Below, piece by piece: positions 24,271 through 38,400 of a stretch of 64,000 nucleotides of DNA. The DNA is from Narcine bancroftii. Its lineage: Eukaryota. The position numbers and the translations under genes are program-made. Within the stretch, counting starts at the first letter, position 1; each line of letters starts with the position of its first letter. The stretch spans positions 208,382,001-208,446,000 of the forward strand of contig NC_091474.1 of NCBI RefSeq assembly GCF_036971445.1, written 5' to 3'. The notes beneath the pieces were generated by a model. The model had not been told where the DNA came from. It made no database searches and saw only the letters and a program-made list of their open reading frames with translations.

Positions 24271-25265
24271 CAGGGGTGTCAAACTCAAATTCACGGAGGG
24301 CCAAAATTAAAAACTTGGACTAAGTCGAGGGCCGAACTAAATATTTATTGAAAATTTTCAACAACATCTGCATGTTTTCTCTTATTTCAACATATGTAAT
24401 GTTAAACTTTTTCTTATTAAAATAAAGGTTTAATAATAGTTTTGGATAAACTCTTTCCAGAAGCATTAACAAATGAGAAATAAAATATTCAATAAATAAT
24501 ATTTCTCTATAGAGGATCTGTCAAATGTTGCTAGTGTGCTGTCGAATAGTAAAATCTGAGGGCTATTGAGAATGTGGGAGAATAACATGATTCCTGAAAC
24601 AATCAAATGGGTGACTGATTGTGGGCATGAACTCTAGCAGGGTTATTTGCCATGCCCTTTTTCCATTGGTACAGATAACCTTTGATTGACACACTTTTCA
24701 AGTTTTATGCCTAATGAGCTTGTATCCAGGTGCAGGACCATTTTTAACCAGGAATATATTGATCACTGTGACATGAAACTATTGGAAGATCGTTTTATCC
24801 TGAGATTAAAGTTCATAATCCTTACTCAGGCCTGTGTGCGGGAGGGCGGGGTTTGCGGGCGATCGGGTTGGACAACGACAGTGCGGGGGCATCGGCTCTC
24901 GCTGCAGGGCGGCATCTCGGCGGATCAGCGGCCCCGTCACCGTGAGTCGCGGGTCGGCCTGCGGCAGGGAGGGGGCGTGGGCAACGGTCCTGGCGAGGTC
25001 AGGCCCGAGGCCTCTGGTTCCGGGCGCTGGGAAGCGGCCTTGGCTTCCCCTGACACCGGCCAGGTCCCAAAACCAGAGTCCACGGTGAGACCCTGCAATG
25101 TAAACATTAGCGGGCCGACGCCAATGCATTCTGGGATTTGTTGTATTACTGTGCATGCGCTATACTGGCACGGCGGCCAGCGGGCCACCTCTAATACATT
25201 TTTGAAATGATCTTGCGGGCCAAATATAATTATATTGGCCCGCGGGCCAGAGTTTGACGTGTGTG
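24271..25265. mobile_element. Non-autonomous hAT (Charlie-like) DNA transposon
   Basis: TIRs caggggtgtcaaactc / gagtttgacgtgtgtg; perfect 8-bp TSD ctttaaat; subterminal gcgggcc motifs. Confidence 0.9.
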
Positions 25266-25305
25266 CTTTAAATTGACAGGTCCTTTCCAGGTTACATATT
25301 ATGAC

Positions 25306-26263
25306 AGATTTCTTTAGGCAGTCCTTGTACCTTTTCTTTGGTGCACCTCTGTCACGGTGGCCAGTGGAGAGCTCGCCATATAATACGATCTTGGGAAGGC
25401 GATGGTCCTCCATTCTGGAGACGTGACCCATCCAGCGCAGCTGGATCTTCAGCAGCGTGGACTCGATGCTGTCGACCTCTGCCATCTCGAGTACCTCGAC
25501 GTTAGGGGTGTGAGCGCTCCAATGGATGTTGAGGATGGAGCGGAGACAACGCTGGTGGAAGCGTTCTAGGAGCCGTAGGTGGTGCCGGTAGAGGACCCAT
25601 GATTCGGAGCCGAACAGGAGTGTGGGTATGACAACGGCTCTGTATACGCTTATCTTTGTGAGGTTTTTCAGTTGGTTGTTTTTCCAGACTCTTTTGTGTA
25701 GTCTTCCAAAGGTGCTATTTGCCTTGGCGAGTCTGTTGTCTATCTCATTGTCGATCCTTGCATCTGATGAAATGGTGCAGCCGAGATAGGTAAACTGGTT
25801 GACCGTTTTGAGTTTTGTGTGCCCGATGGAGATGTGGGGGGGCTGGTAGTCATGGTGGGGAGATGGCTGATGGAGGACCTCAGTTTTCTTCAGGCTGACT
25901 TCCAGGCCAAACATTTTGGCAGTTTCCGCAAAGCAGGACGTCAAGCTGCCTAAAGAAATCTCTTGGTGCCTGCCACATTGACCACCGCCAGTGGGCTGAT
26001 AACGCCTCAAACCGTGCATCTTGGCGCCTCACAGTTTGGCGGGCAGCAGCCTCCTTTGAAGAAGACCGCAGAGCCCACCTCACTGACAAAAGGCAAAGGA
26101 GGAAAAACCCAACACCCAACCCCAACCAACCAATTTTCCCTTGCAACCGCTGCAATCGTGTCTGCCTGTCCCGCATCGGACTGGTCAGCCACAAACGAGC
26201 CTGCAGCTGACGTGGACTTTTTACCCCCTCCATAAATCTTCGTCCGCGAAGCCAAGCCAAAGC
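25306..26263 (+). mobile_element. Young RTE-clade LINE, 5'-truncated with 5' inversion
   Basis: 25306-25946 encodes the RT C-terminal part on - (FTYLGCTIS, QLRWMGHV, RLPKIVLYGEL); 25946-26263 continues on + to the tail; TSD attatgacaga (25298-25308, 26264-26274). Confidence 0.92.
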
Positions 26264-27230
26264 ATTATGACAGAATATAGATAGGTTTTTGGGAGATAAA
26301 TTGGGGCAGGGTTTGTTGGTGTAGGTCACATACAAACACTTTAAAAACAGATCTTATAAAATATTAAAGCTCTGCTAACGCTAGACATATCGGAGCCTCA
26401 GAGCCTTTGCAAAAGCTTTGGAGAGTGCCCAAGAGACTTAACTAATGGATTGTTGCTTACAAAAAGGCAACAGATGAAAGTGCTTGTCAGGGCTGCATAT
26501 TGTCTGGAAAGAAACTTGCTATTCTAAGAGGGTCATGTGGTTTTGCAAGCAGAGAGAGAGTCAAACAAGCTTTCTCTCACAGTGACACACACACACAGAC
26601 AGACAGAGGGCACTTCTACAGTTTTACAGCCAGCAACAGCAACTGGGAGTTCTTAGTTCAGCCTGATCAAAGCCTTTGTGGTTCATGCAAGAAGAGAGGA
26701 CTGGCTGTCTAATATTTCACTTGGAATAAGTGAAACAAAAAAGAAACTCTGTGGTGACCTGAAAGAAAGAGGTTATCATCTGGAGAACCCTGAGGGGGAA
26801 GTTTATTCGGCAAGACACTGAAGTAGTTGGGTGTCCATCATACAACAAGTCTCTCTCTGAAGACTGGACAAGAACCTTCCTGAGCAATAACCATTTATCT
26901 TTCAAGCACCAAAACTTGGTGAACTTTATCAATGTTAAATTCTGTGCACAGTATAAGAATTGCCTGCATCCAGTGAACTTGGAAAAATGAGATTGGACTG
27001 TGAATCAAAGAACTTTTCTGAACTTACACACACACACACACACATTCTACACACGTGCACTTAGAATGAGAAGGGGGTTAAGTTAGGTTAGTTAAGTCAA
27101 TAGTGATAAGCTACAGTGTGATTCTGTTTGCATGTTTAAAGATAATTAAAAGCAACTTTTGTTGAAGTAACCATTTGTCTTGGTGAATATCTATTGGTGC
27201 TGGGTTTTGGGGTCTTCTGAGCTCATAACA
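26264..27230 (+). mobile_element. Probable solo LTR, with the RTE inserted just inside its start (about 25297)
   Basis: tattatga...tcataaca resembles TGTTATGA/TCATAACA LTR ends; internal GA and CA tracts; no clean TSD found. Confidence 0.55.
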
Positions 27231-29929
27231 ATATGGATACCCTGTGAGGGTTTGAGAGACTGGCGAGATGGATGGATTTGCCGCCATCTTCGGGCCAGAT
27301 GTGAACAGGCATTTCATCATGTCTTCTATCCCCCATCTCACGTCGCACCACGGCCACCTGGGGCTGAGTCCAATCGAGCAGAGCTGGGAGCACTGAGTCA
27401 GTGAGCCTGGTTGGTAGCTACTCTTCCCTTGCCTGCTCACTCACTCTCCTGTCACTGTTTCGGTGACCTTCTCCCACACAGTTCATACTCATTTCTGACT
27501 TACGAACAGTTCAGGTTACAAACGGTTCTCAGGATTGGAACCCTGTTGTGACCTGGGGTCCTCTTGTAACTTTGTTCACTGTAACTTCTTAGATTAAAAA
27601 AAAATGAAAAAGTGTTGAAGTATTAATAGAAATAACGTCTGGCAGTCTATAAGTGGAGAAATTCCCATCAGCATTCCTCCCCAATGAAGCATTCAGTCAC
27701 ATGATACATTTGGCTACATGAATGAATACAGAAAGTTTCTTCTCCAGCAAAATCCAAATGTGCACTTCCTGTACATATCACAGGTTAGCAAACGGTGGCT
27801 GAAATCATACCAATTCTTTCCCCCTCCCCCCATCCAGCAGGTGAAATGCAACCAAGGGCAGCTGACAAAGAGAAGAGCTGCTAATCTGTACTGGATCAAG
27901 ATGAACAATATCGGATGCACAAAAATAACTGTAATTGTACACCATTTATAAAGAAATAATTCAAAAATATGTCAACTCTTTCTGTGGTACTGGTGCCCAG
28001 AGCTAAGTGCCTACTCTCCCTGACACAGATGCTCCCATCACAAAACATTGCTGGATTTCACCCAAGAAGTATTTATTAACCCTTTTAAAATCAGACAGGA
28101 AAAAAAAATCTATTATGGTCTGTAATGGTTTTAACCATCCCTTTCAACATATTGTAATGCTAGTATGAAAGGTAAATGAGGCAACTGAAATTAAATTACA
28201 GATGCCAGGAATTATGAGCCAGTTAGTAATAAGATGTAAAATTTCTACTACTTCCTGTGAAGAGAAGTAAAACTGGAAACCTTTCTGATGGCCTGAAAAT
28301 TTGACTTTTTATGTCTCTTTCTGTCTCGTGGCATATTGTGTTCATGTCACTTATAATATTGCTGCTGGTATATCTTATGTAAATGTGTGGCTGCAGCAAG
28401 CAAGGATTTTGGTGCATCTGTACATGACATTTATGACAAACTTTTAGACTCAGATGGAAGAACCCACAGGAATACAAGGTGACTGGAAGAAAGTAATTAG
28501 TAGCAGTGCCAGCTGGAAGTGCACAAGCATTGGCTATTTAATTTTCACATTTAAAATCTTATCAAAGAAAGTACCAAAAATAATTCTGAAGAAACTTTTA
28601 AAGAATTCATGTGTTTTTAAAATATCCAGTTTAATATCCTACCAATTTTAAACAATGATGGAAGAACAGTTTACGATTAGTCTGCCCTTGTTCTTGCTAA
28701 CGGGAAGCCTGCTTAAATTTAAGCATAGGCCTTTATTAACATGTTGTTCTGAACTGCATGCTGCAACTGAAACCCAGTTGCTTACTAATACAGTACAAAC
28801 CTAACACCTTCCTGGAACCAGCTGTAGTTTAATGTTATATCAGTAATAACAAATATACAATACATGTTGGCAATGGAACAGTTGTTAATCCATCTGTTCC
28901 CAGAAATTGGACATTAAATTTCTATCTTCTTAAAACACCAGCTGATTTGTACTCCTTATACATGTAGCTTTCAAGTGGAGGCAAATTTCTTTTTTGAAGT
29001 AACTAAAAAGATCTACATGTCTGCAGATGTTTGGGGTGCCTTGTATGTTTTTACAGCCCAGAATTTACAGCTACAAAGTGGACTGCTCAAAGACTAAAGG
29101 TCAACCCAATGCGGTGCAAAGCTGAATGGAGATTTAAAATACGCACTACTTTTGTTATCACAGCTGAGAGGCATGAGGAACAGCCAGACAACTGGTAGTA
29201 AGAATTTAAAGGCACAGATGTGACTGTTTAACCTGACCCAGTAGGAATTCTGGTACACAAACATAATTAAAAAAAATTAAAAATAAAAATTCTCGGAAGC
29301 TAATGCCTCTATTTCACTCCATTCCCCGACGAGTGAAATTCTAAGTTCAAATAATTTATTCAGTAATGGTTGATCATAAGATATGGCCACACTGGCATTT
29401 ATTGGGTCTCTTTAATTGCCTCTGAGCTGAGTCAAGTTTTGACCACATTGGTGAGTTTGCTGTCGGATGCTGCAAGGAGGACAGACTTTAGTGTCTGAAA
29501 GATGTTAATGATCACTGCATTATAAATGAGTACAAGACTGTGGTGCAAATCATTTCAATGATGGAATGTTGATTTGTAATAATCAAGGGTTTCATTTACC
29601 ATGTCAGTAAGTAACCTAGAAAATGTGCCAGACCAATTATTAACCTTTTCTTGTACTTTGCTTAAATGAACAGATGAAGGTCATTTGGCCCATTAGATTA
29701 ATGCTGGCTCTCAGATTAATCCCATTAACCCTATATCCCCATCCTTATTTCCCTGTAATGCTGAAACCTACCTATCATCACACAATCCCACTTTGATGGT
29801 TTTGACCAAAGGGATAATTCTGATTTTACCCTCCTAAATAATACTCTTACCTCAATCTTCCTCAAACCATAATGACAAATCTTTTAGAATAATTTTGCAG
29901 TGAAATTAGCAGAGCAGTTGAAATTATAG

Positions 29930-30822
29930 GGTGCACTTTTCACCAAGTGCATATGGCAGATTGTGGGTGGAGTGGACAGCGAGAAAGATCTCAAAGATTG
30001 CAGCGGCATTTAGACCAGCTGCAAAAATAAGCTGAAAATTGCAGATGGAAATTAATGTGGACACATGTGAGGGGTTGCACTTTTGGGAGACAAACCAGGA
30101 TAAGATGAAAGAGAATTGCGGTAGAACAAATGGATCTGGAAATTACAGATTCACAATGACCTGAAAGTGACGTCACAGATAGATAGGATGCAAAGAAAGC
30201 TTTTAGCACATTGCCCTACATAAATCCAAGTTTTGAGTACAGGAGTTAGGATTTTATGTTCATGTGTTACAAGACATAAGCGAGTCTAAATTTGGAGTAT
30301 TTATGTGGAATTTTGATCACCAACAAAATTATACCAATAAGATTGAAAGAGTGCGGAAAAAATTTACAAGGATGTTTCCAAAACTTGGGAGTAGAGTTTT
30401 GGGAATGGTTGAATAGGTTAGGACTTTATTCCCTGGAGTGTCAGAGAATGAGTGATGGCTTAATAGAGGTAAACAAGATTATGAGGGGTATAGATAAAGT
30501 CAATGCAAACAGGCCTATTCCACTGTGGTTGGGAGAGACCAGAACTAGTGGATATGGTTAAGGGTGAAAGTTGAAATGCTTAAGGGGAACATTAGGGGAA
30601 ACTTCTTCACTCAGTGGTGAGAGTATGGAACGAGCTGCCAGCGAAATGGTAGATGTTGGTTTTATTTCAACATTTAAGGAAAATTTTGAATAAGTACATG
30701 GACATGAGGCATATAGAGGGCTATGATCTGGGTATAGGTCAATAGAACTAAGCATAAAAATAGATCAGCAGTCTAGATGAGCCAAAGAGCAGATTTCTGT
30801 GCTGTAGTATTCCATGGCTCTA
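29930..30822 (+). mobile_element. Decayed CR1 LINE 3' part
   Basis: RLGLYSLECQRMSDGLIEVNKIMRGIDKV and a CR1-type 3' end. Confidence 0.85.
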
Positions 30823-32039
30823 CTAAGGTCTACACAAGGTTAGCAATGGATTTCACTGTGCTCTGCAACAAAGTGCCAACAAAGAGCAGGTTAGCCATCT
30901 GTCTTTCAGGTTCAAAAAAAAGTGTAAATTGTGATATAGGATATTTTTCTCAAAATTATGATCAGATCCTTGCCCTACGGAATCTTTTCCAGTTACTACA
31001 CTGCATTCCAAAAATCAGCTCCCCAGAACTTATTCCCTGTATCACTCATGATTATACATAAGCTATTAGACATTCCTTTTGAGAAATACATTTTTATCTA
31101 GTAGAAGAGGTTACATTAATATCTATTTAAGGAAATCAATAGAGGAAGACAACCATCTAAACTGACACTTGATGAGAAACATGCCTATTAATGAATGGAA
31201 AAATCATTGCTAAAGGATTTAGATTCATACTGGAAACAGCAGCCAACATACATGCTGCAGACTCAAGCCACTATCCCTACAGAAGGAACTGTGGAATTGA
31301 ATCCAATGCAGGAACAAATACCTTTCGGTGATCCCACAGCAGAGTTCCCATTGACGGTGGGCAACCCTCAACAAAATCTTTACAGGCCCAGCGATTATGA
31401 GGCCACCAGGTGCTCATGGACAAGACCAGGAGTGCTACTGTGGCCAAACTATGAAGCAGCAAGCTTCCCATTAAAGTGCTGCAGGAGACACCTCAGTTCT
31501 CCACCTGACATCTCTTGAAGCTATTGAATGCATTCCCCAACTGTACATCCAATAACATGACAGATGATAACTATTGATCAATATTATGCATCATAACCAA
31601 GGATATTGGCTATAAGCAATACTTCTTTAAATTACAAATTCTGACAGAAATGGATTGCATACCATCGCCACATTACCAGTGAATAACCCACCAGATACTG
31701 AAAGAGTGAGGAAAAAAAATAATCACATCATCTGATTACTACCTATTTCTGGAATAATACTTGGCAAATAATTGCCTTTCAATGAAAAACTATTTGCACA
31801 ACCAGATTACAATATTTGCTGGCATCCAACACGTTCAATAGTTCTGTAGCTTTGTATGTGGCACTCATACCTCATCATAGGTCAGGTCTGTCTAAGAGGG
31901 GTGCATTTTAAAAGCCTGTCTCTAAATTGGATGGTGAATATAAAAGGATTAGCCACTGGTGATAAGATCACAAGATCAATGTAAAAAGGGATGGAATAAA
32001 AATGAGACAAATTAGAAATGATAAAATGAAAATACACAC

Positions 32040-32156
32040 CTGCAGCCAGTCGTAGAGATTAATTAATCTCCCACATTCCAGGTGCAGCTTGTAGATTATA
32101 CAGATATCTGGTGCTACATTGGTAATGGTTCCTTCCTCGCTCTTCAAGGCTTCATT
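32040..32156 (-). CDS. ORC3: ORC3 exon (117 nt)
   Basis: [39 protein letters not shown]; AG/GT bounded. Confidence 0.96.
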
Positions 32157-32934
32157 CTTTGTTGCAATAATAAAAAAAAGTATTAATAACTTTTAAAGGT
32201 GGCACAAAATGTTTATCTATACTTGTTGGGTACATCTGTTTCCCTTGGGCAAGGAGTCTGGGACCCTGAATGGTTCCTTATTCTAATGTCTCGGAATAAA
32301 AGTCAGTTAAGACAAATGTGGAAAAAAAAATTCTTTATTCAGGGGGTGCTGAAGGTTTGGAAGGCTAATGATTAAATTCAAATCAAATTGCTAAGAGTCT
32401 GAATATCGAGAGAATCAAGGAATTCAGGCAGAAGAACAATGGAACAGACTCAAAAGGGCTGTTCCTTCTCCCATTTCTTGCATTACATCTTGCCCACCTT
32501 GAATAGAACCATGCCATGCTCACTGAATTACACATTTAAAATTTATAAGTGCTCAAATAGGCAAGTTGAAAGGCTCCACCTTGGCCTCAGACCCCAATCT
32601 CTTTTGCCCTGAAAATGGAAGTGGCAGGATAATTGAGGTCCATTCATCTGCTCAAGAAGTTATCTTTACAGACCCTCAATATTTTTTTTAATATAAAATA
32701 CTCCTTAATCCAACAGAGTTCTTATTTAATTAATGGCAAAAGTTATCAGAATCCTAAGCAGAAAAGAAACCCCATTGCAGATGACAAATTTCTTTCTATT
32801 CATCCCGATATTTCCAGATTGAATTTGGCCTACAGACCTACAGAATCACTTCCTGTTTTGTTGATCACTGGTATATCTGCACGCTCAGTCCAACTAAAGA
32901 ATTTCTATCTCAGGCTAAAAGCTAAATGAATTTT

Positions 32935-34600
32935 GAGATTTCAGATTTATTGTCAGACATCACATACAACCCTGAGATTCTTTTTCCTGTGGGCCACAGG
33001 CAAAATTACCACTTATTGGTAGTGTAAAAAAAACCTGTACACAATGTACACATTGAAACAAATAAAGAAATGTAAACAACAAAAAAAAAACCAATAAATC
33101 GCAAAAGTTCCTAATTGAGTTTACTGTTGAGGAGTCTGATGGTGGAGGAGAGCTGTTCCTGAACCTGGTGGTGCGAGTCTTGTGGCACCTTAACCTCTTT
33201 CCTGAAGGCAGCAGTGAGAACAGAGTATGTGCTGGTTGTGTGGATCCATGATGATTGCTGCTGCTCTCCAAAGGCAGCATTTCAAATAGATGTTCTCAAT
33301 GGTGGGGAGGGTTTTGTCTGTGATGTCCTGGGCTGTGTCCACTACCTTGTAGAGGTTTATTCTCAGGTGTATTGGTGTCCCCATACCAGACTGTGATGTA
33401 GCCAGTGAGCACACTTTCCACCACACATCTGTAGAAGTTTGCCAGGATTTCCGTTGTCTTACTTTACCCTCCGCAAACTTCTGAGGAAGTACAGACGCTG
33501 ACATGCTTTCTTCATGATGCCATTAGTGCGTTGGGTCCAAGAAAGATCCTCCAAGTTAGTGATTCCCAAGAACTTAAATTTGCTCACCCTCTCCACATCT
33601 GATCATACACATCAGGTTTTCCCTTCCTGATGTCAACAATCAGCTCCTTGGTTTTGATGACATTCAGCCAAGTTTTCAATCTCCCTCCTGTATGCTGATT
33701 CTTTGTCCCTTTTTATACAACCCATTACTGTGGTATCATCAGCGAATTTGGAGATGGTATTGTTGTTGTACCGAGCCACACAGTCATAGATGTAAAATGA
33801 GTAAAACAGGGGAATAAGAATACAGCCCTGTGGCTCTTTGGTACTAATGGAGATTGTGGAGATGTTCTTACCAATCCTCAGATTGTGGTCTGGAGGTGAG
33901 GAAATCCATGATCCAGTTACACAGTGGGGTGTTGAATCCCAGGTTTTGGAGTTTTCTGATCAGTTTTGAGAGGATGATGGTGTTAAATGCCAAACTGTGG
34001 TCAATAAAGTTCATCCTGATGCATGTTAATTTGCTGTCCAGGTGTTCCAGGGCTTTTTGTAGAGCCAGTGAGATGACATCCATCATTGTTCTGTTGCTAC
34101 GATAGGTGGATTAGAACAGATCCATGTTGCCGCTCATACAGGAGCTGATGTGCTTCAACACCAGCCTTTCAAAGCACTTCTTCACTGTTGATGTGAGTGC
34201 CACTGGTCGTTAGTCATTTAGACAGGTTACCAACTCTTCTTTGACCGGACCGATGCTTGTTTGAAACAGGAGGATACAACGCCCTGCCGGAGTGAGACGA
34301 TGAAGATATCCGTGAATATGTTGGTAAGTTGGCCAGCACAGTTTTTTTAATAATCAGCCGGGTACTCCGTCTGGACCGGATGCCTTCCTCGGATTCAATC
34401 TCCTGAAGGCAGCACGCACATGATCCTCTCCTGTCCATATCCAAGGACATAGGGGAGCAGTGGTGGTTCGTTCTTGTTCTTGTTCTTGTTCTTGTGGTCG
34501 AATCTGACACAGAAGGCATTGAATTCAATGCCATCTTCTTCTGCATTGGATTTTGTTTTGTTGCAGCTTATGTCATTTATCAGCTATCAGGCTGTTCAAT
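32935..34600 (-). mobile_element. Rex1/Babar-type LINE, decayed
   Basis: ALEHLDSK...[12 protein letters not shown]...[15 protein letters not shown]; RTTRFRNS; aataaatctgaa tail. Confidence 0.85.
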
Positions 34601-35298
34601 GTGGTTAACAATATTAATGATCGTTAGCTTGTTCAGAAGTGTAACTTTTTTTTTCTTTCTTTCTGTGCTAAATAATATTCACAAAGAGTAGTCGGAAGAT
34701 TTTTCTTTAAAAATGTGGGAAAAATAGTGCAGCTACTGCTGAAGCAGTGGTCTCTATTAGTGGGGTATTTTGACCCTGCAGCAGTTAGGGAGCAGAGACT
34801 ACAAAGCATTTCATCTTAACTGCATTCCAACTGAAACTCATTACTCCCATCAGGTTCATTCTGATGTCAATGTTTGATCAGAGCCAACTCCTATCCTTTG
34901 GAGCCAATTTCCTCAATCGTTACATTAATTTTAATGTTTAGCTAGCATTCGTATTAATACATTAGCCTCACACTAGCCTTCCTTCACCATTACTCTGCAA
35001 ACATTTCCTCCTGTTCCTTCATCATTTTCAGCCTATTGCCATCTATCATTGCTCTCACATTTCTTTTCCTTTTTTTAAAACAATAAACAGCAGTAGAAAT
35101 CCAGAATGAGAATGTTTTACAATTCACAAATATTACAAACCAACTGTATCTATAACTGGCTTTGTTTGTTTAAATGGAAAGCACTTGAGAATCAGCAATT
35201 TGGACTTTGTCTCATGTTTACAACGATCGAATAAAATTACCTGGGAAAGATATAAATTGCTTAAAGAATGATCTATCTGGCTAGTTGCCATCTATTAC

Positions 35299-35440
35299 CT
35301 TTAGATAGGAATATGGGTTACTTAAAGCTATCTGTAAGGCAGCACGTGGAGCTGCATTCAAGTGTCTACGAAGTTCACCCGAAATTTTGAAATATACAAG
35401 TTCATGGAGTGGCTGAGTCTCTGGTGGTAGAAGATATTGC
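35299..35440 (-). CDS. ORC3: ORC3 exon (142 nt)
   Basis: [47 protein letters not shown]; AG/GT bounded. Confidence 0.96.
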
Positions 35441-38400
35441 CTACAAAAAAGCACAAAAAATATGTAATTATATTGCCCTAGTAACAAAGCACATTGTCCC
35501 TCACTTGTTCATGGTTGACAAAGGGTCAGGAGTGAGAGTCCATTGGAAACAGAATAAAGTTTAATCATTTACATCCAACATCTTGGATGAGATCAATGAT
35601 TAGAATCTTCTCCATTGAACAAACAGTGAAGATTGCAAGAGGTGAGTGAAACACGAAAGTCTGCTGACGGTGTGTTTGTAGAAAAAATACAAACATGCTG
35701 GAGGACCTCAGCCAACCTCACAGCATCCATAGTATTGAAGAAGGACTCAGGCCCAAAATGTTGGTTATACATCTTTACCTACTATACACTCTGTGAGATC
35801 GGCTGAGTTCCTCCAGCATATTTAGTTTTTATTGCAAAAGGTGAGCACAGGTTCTCCTCTGGTATGATTTAACCATGTACCTTTGAATTTTGACGGAGGT
35901 TCGAAACTGGAGGCACAGGATCGCCAATGGATTGTCCAGCTGCGGCAGCACTGGAGACAAATCCACAGATACTCTATGTCACTGAAAGGACTCTCTTTTG
36001 CTTCTCTTTTACATATTGTTGGAGATGCCAGGCAATGCGATAGCGGCTCCTCTATGCGCCTTTATAGCAGGCCAACGATGACAAATTTTGTGGATGCCGA
36101 GTTCCTCCAGTATTTTGTGCATTATTACATGACAACAAAGGAATCTTAAAATAAAATACTTCAGGAAGCTAAGCAATGTGCAAAATTCATTTAACTGGCA
36201 TCTACCAATCCCCACAGCTGCCGGACACCGGGGTTTTTAGTGTTCATTGTACATTCTTACTGCTGCAGCTGAACAGGTATTAAAATAAATATTAATAAAA
36301 TTAATATTGTAAAATAAAACTACAAGAATAACTGAAAAACAACTACAACAGTACACTGATTTTTTTTTGTATCTTTTCAGTTCAATTAAAACAGGCTCAA
36401 CATGTTGTGCTGAGGCCAAATTAAGACATTTTTTCCCCCAAGAGATTGGTTGTTATGGCTTCTACCATTCAACACTGACCCATTTCTAATAGGCGAGTGC
36501 CATGATAAATGGGTCATTATCATTGTTTAACTGTGCCCTCTCCCTGCTCTCCAGAAGTACATTTTAAGATCATACATGACTCACTACTTTCAGCTAATAA
36601 TGCACTCCTTGTTCTATTATGAATTCATAACAAAGGTTATAAGTCTCTTGATCCAATATCTTTTGATAAGTAATTATTTGGCACTGGTCATACTGATGGC
36701 ATCATCGTGTGCAAAATATGCCAAGAAAATAACTTCATCATTGGAATAAATCATGTTGGGAAATGTACCGTCCAAATTCTTGATCGGTGGGACTTCAATG
36801 GGAAATGCAAATTCAACAGCAAGCTCTTAAATATAGGTCCAAAAATTGCATTTAATATACAAAATGAGCACAAATGGTTCTCTTCCAATCAATTTCTTGA
36901 CCACCACTTCACGGCATTCGGATTTTAGGTGCTTTTGGTTGAGGGCTTAATTTTTGACAAAAATAAAAGAATTCCCCAATTCTGTTGACAATGAAAACAT
37001 GTACTTTCGCAAAGAAATACAACTTCTGAACAAAGATTGAGCGCCCATCAAATTTAAATTTAAATTCAATTTCAGTATTAAATATTTGATCGCTAGGAGG
37101 ATTGTGCTCTTCAAGACACAGATAGACCTCATGGATTGAATGGCCCATTTCTGTGCAGTTTCACTGTCACTCTTCAGTCTACCTAAAAGGTTAAGCATGA
37201 AGCAGATGAAGTATATGGTAGCATGTACAATTCCTACCTCACTGCTTACTTCCTCACCTAATTTAAGCAATCCAATTACTCCAACGAATGGATCTCTTGT
37301 ACAGAAGAGGAACCAAGATTGAAAAAGCTAGACTTGACAGTATCAGTTCACTGTCTCGTTGTAACAGTACCAGATGAGTTAAGTTTTCCACTTAGATGCT
37401 TCTTCAAACATTAGAGTTTTCAAATCACTGCCTAGCAACAGAGAAATTCACCCACAAAACAATATTAAAAGCAAACCAAGATCAAGTCAGATTTAGTGAA
37501 GCAATGAATATTCAACAATGGATGACACAAAGAGGACAGATGACCCAACTTAATTAACAAGCTACAGGCAAGCAGAAGCAAAAATAGTTTTATGGCAGAG
37601 AACGAGGACATCATTCTATGCCCCTCCTCCCCCCACCTTCCAGGATACTGGAGTCACTTTTTTTTGTTTTCTTTAAAACTATATTATGGCTTTGTTTGGA
37701 AACTGATTTATCCAAATGTGTTTTCCAAGTCTGTTGATTTTATTCTTATTGTAAAATAAATTTATCTCAGAATTGAGTGTAACTGCAAAAAAATTTGAAA
37801 AAAGAACAGGTTAAAACTTGTATGTTTTTATTTTTGTCAGTCAAGGTCAGATCCAGCATTAAGAGGATGTGGTGCAGCAGAATTTTCTCAAAGCATTTGA
37901 TAAGGTGTTTGTTTAAAAAATATCAGATATAAACATGAAGGAAAAATGAGAAGTGCCTTGGCAACCAGGGATTGGTGATCTGAAAGATCCAAAGTATTAG
38001 CGTTATCAACATTTTTCTTCTTTACCTTTAATTTTGACAGAAGCACCATCTCAAATATCTAAAATTAACATGAAAAAGGGAGCATGGTTCCAAAAGACTT
38101 TTGGAAGTCAGACATTAGCAGAACTGACAGGCAGCTGAACGCTTCAAGAAAGTGTGAAATTAATTGTTTTGAGAGGGAAAATATGGACTGGCATCTTTCA
38201 CTGAACAAAAAAGCTGCCAGTTGTTGAACATAATTCCCTAAATATCCAACACCATTTGGTGGTTTAACAAGTCAAAGTACACAAATTAAAAGTAATAATA
38301 TTCTGTGCAAGACATTAGGCCCTTAGGTATTTCTGGACCGATTTTGCAGATGGTACATTGAAGGTATAAAAGGTGTGCAAAATAAATGCAATGGGCAGAG

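Noticed and set aside
24686-25210. CpG-rich ORFs as a gene or promoter island
   Set aside because: Entirely within a TSD-bounded hAT element.
31195-31518. 107-aa ORF
   Set aside because: No recognisable motif or splice context; intronic and antisense to ORC3.
36670-36830. Protein-like open frame on minus strand (ELAVEFAFPIEVPPIKNLDG...)
   Set aside because: About 50 codons between stops, no convincing splice sites, not needed for the ORC3 frame.
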